The position numbers and the translations under genes were made by a program. A DNA stretch of 64,000 nt from Eledone cirrhosa (taxonomy: Eukaryota): contig OZ024742.1 of NCBI GenBank assembly GCA_964016885.1, positions 76,012,001-76,076,000 of the forward strand. Direction: 5' to 3'. The notes beneath the pieces were generated by a model. That model was not told the origin of the DNA, did no database searches, and saw only the letters and a list, made by a program, of their open reading frames with translations. Below, piece by piece: positions 62,679-64,000 of the stretch (the first letter of the stretch is position 1; every line of letters begins with the position of its first letter).

Positions 62679-63157
62679 ATTGAGTGGGAGAGAGAGAGAA
62701 AGGGATAGAAAGAAAGAGGGAGAAAGGAGAGAGGGCAAGAAATAATCCTAGATGGTAGAACTTAAGTTCAAAACCAGAATTAACAACAAGCAAGATAGAG
62801 AGAGTAGAACGAAGGTCATGGCAATAAATCGATATGAATTAAAATTGGCAAAGGCACTGTGTGGTTACTAATAAATAATGTTTAGAAAACGTAAGAGAAA
62901 TATAAACATACGGTCATTCCTGCTCTTCGGCTGTCTACTGTGGACCCCATTTTAACTTCTCCCTCTCCGTCATTGGTAATTGCTATTTAGATGTACTACT
63001 GTCATGTGTTTTCACCTCTCTATAAGTATGTTTTTCTTCTGTTTTTTCCTTCTGTTTATTTCCTTTTTTTTTTCTATCGTTCTCTTTGCTATCGTCTCTG
63101 TTATTTTTATTGTTTCATTCCCTAATAACTATACTGGGTAGTTGTTAACGCAGTGTG
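62211..63157. repeat. diverged inverted repeat (62211-62425 vs 62945-63157) enclosing (GA)n
   Basis: GTATAGTTATTAGGG / CCCTAATAACTATAC and GGGAGAAGTTAAAA / TTTTAACTTCTCCC mirrored blocks. Confidence 0.7.
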
Positions 63158-63169
63158 TTGAGGGACCAC

Positions 63170-63908
63170 ATTAGGCGATTTAGCGATCTTTCTCTATAAT
63201 TCTTAGTCTTTCTCTTTTTAGATAGATACATACATATAACGTCGCGCCCTTATAATATCTGTCTGCATTACGTCACTTCCCCGAGGATGTCTGTATGTGT
63301 GTGTGTCTGTGAGTTTGAATCACTAAAACTCGAGAAGTACCCAACCTATTTTTTTCAAACTTTACATGTGTATTACTTATGTTTGAGGGAGTGTTATGCA
63401 CATAACAAACATTCAACTTTTTGATATCATACGGTCCGCATTAAGTAAAAACTGCGCTTTTTAAGCTTTTTATGGTTTTTTTTAGGTGTTACGTCAGACC
63501 GATTTCCTTGAAATTGTAACTATGTATTAGTCAGTCTCTTCTTCATACCGTGAGCAAAGAAATCCAACTTTTTTATGGCCTAGGGCACGCATTAGGTGAA
63601 AAACTTCATTTATTCAGCTGTTTAGGGCTTTTTGGAGGCGTTAGGTCTAGCCGATTTTCCCGAAATTTCAAGGCATATTATGCACATAAAAGAAATTCAT
63701 TTTCTTGATCCCCTAGGGCCCGCATTATGTGAAAACCTGCATTTTTCCTTCATCATCGAGGAAAACCTTGAAGATTATCCGGCCATCGGATTATTCGGTT
63801 TATTTTCTTGACATATTGTCTAGGCATGTAGTTTTTCCAGGATTAGGTCTGTTGGCTGCCCGCGTTCCTAAATACCTTATCCCATGCAACGCCGGGTACC
63901 ACTGCTAG
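63170..63908 (+). mobile_element. Helitron-like element, 5'-truncated copy of the 25028-25920 family
   Basis: Collinear with 25198-25920; ends GCAACGCCGGGTACCACTGCTAG|T. Confidence 0.8.
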
Positions 63909-64000
63909 TATATAATAAAAGAGCTGGAAAAAGATAGTGTGTGTGAAAGGGAGAGGTAAATACCGACTGCGACGCAAGGTGGATTCGGATTGTGATTTCA

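Overview
Eukaryotic, AT-rich, microsatellite-saturated intergenic or intronic DNA. I found no host gene. The repeat repertoire suggests a mollusc, probably an octopus (inference). Nearly all ORFs in the supplied track are microsatellite translations or antisense shadows. The core (26.4-56.9 kb) is a stack of non-LTR retrotransposons joined at (AAT)n tracts. It holds three minus-strand L1/Tx1-type elements: A and C are decayed full-length copies, and B has one uninterrupted 1832-aa ORF1+ORF2 frame. These alternate with plus-strand R4/Dong-type restriction-like-endonuclease elements. The window also has two tRNA-SINE families, RTE-like fragments, a DD37D/maT-like mariner relic, a hAT MITE, stacked Helitron-like elements and a Penelope-type GIY-YIG relic. 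Two observations stand out. (1) A near-identical 310-bp tandem array (57864-61038) carries a complete type I hammerhead ribozyme with a palindromic stem III in each full unit, making it a candidate retrozyme/circRNA locus; unrelated hammerheads also lie beside other (TA)n tracts. (2) A conserved 52/53-nt GTAAGT...CAG intron-like cassette sits exactly at the ORF1/ORF2 junction of the Tx1 elements. Its removal would fuse ORF1 to an AUG-less ORF2 in copies A and C, but would break the fusion in copy B.
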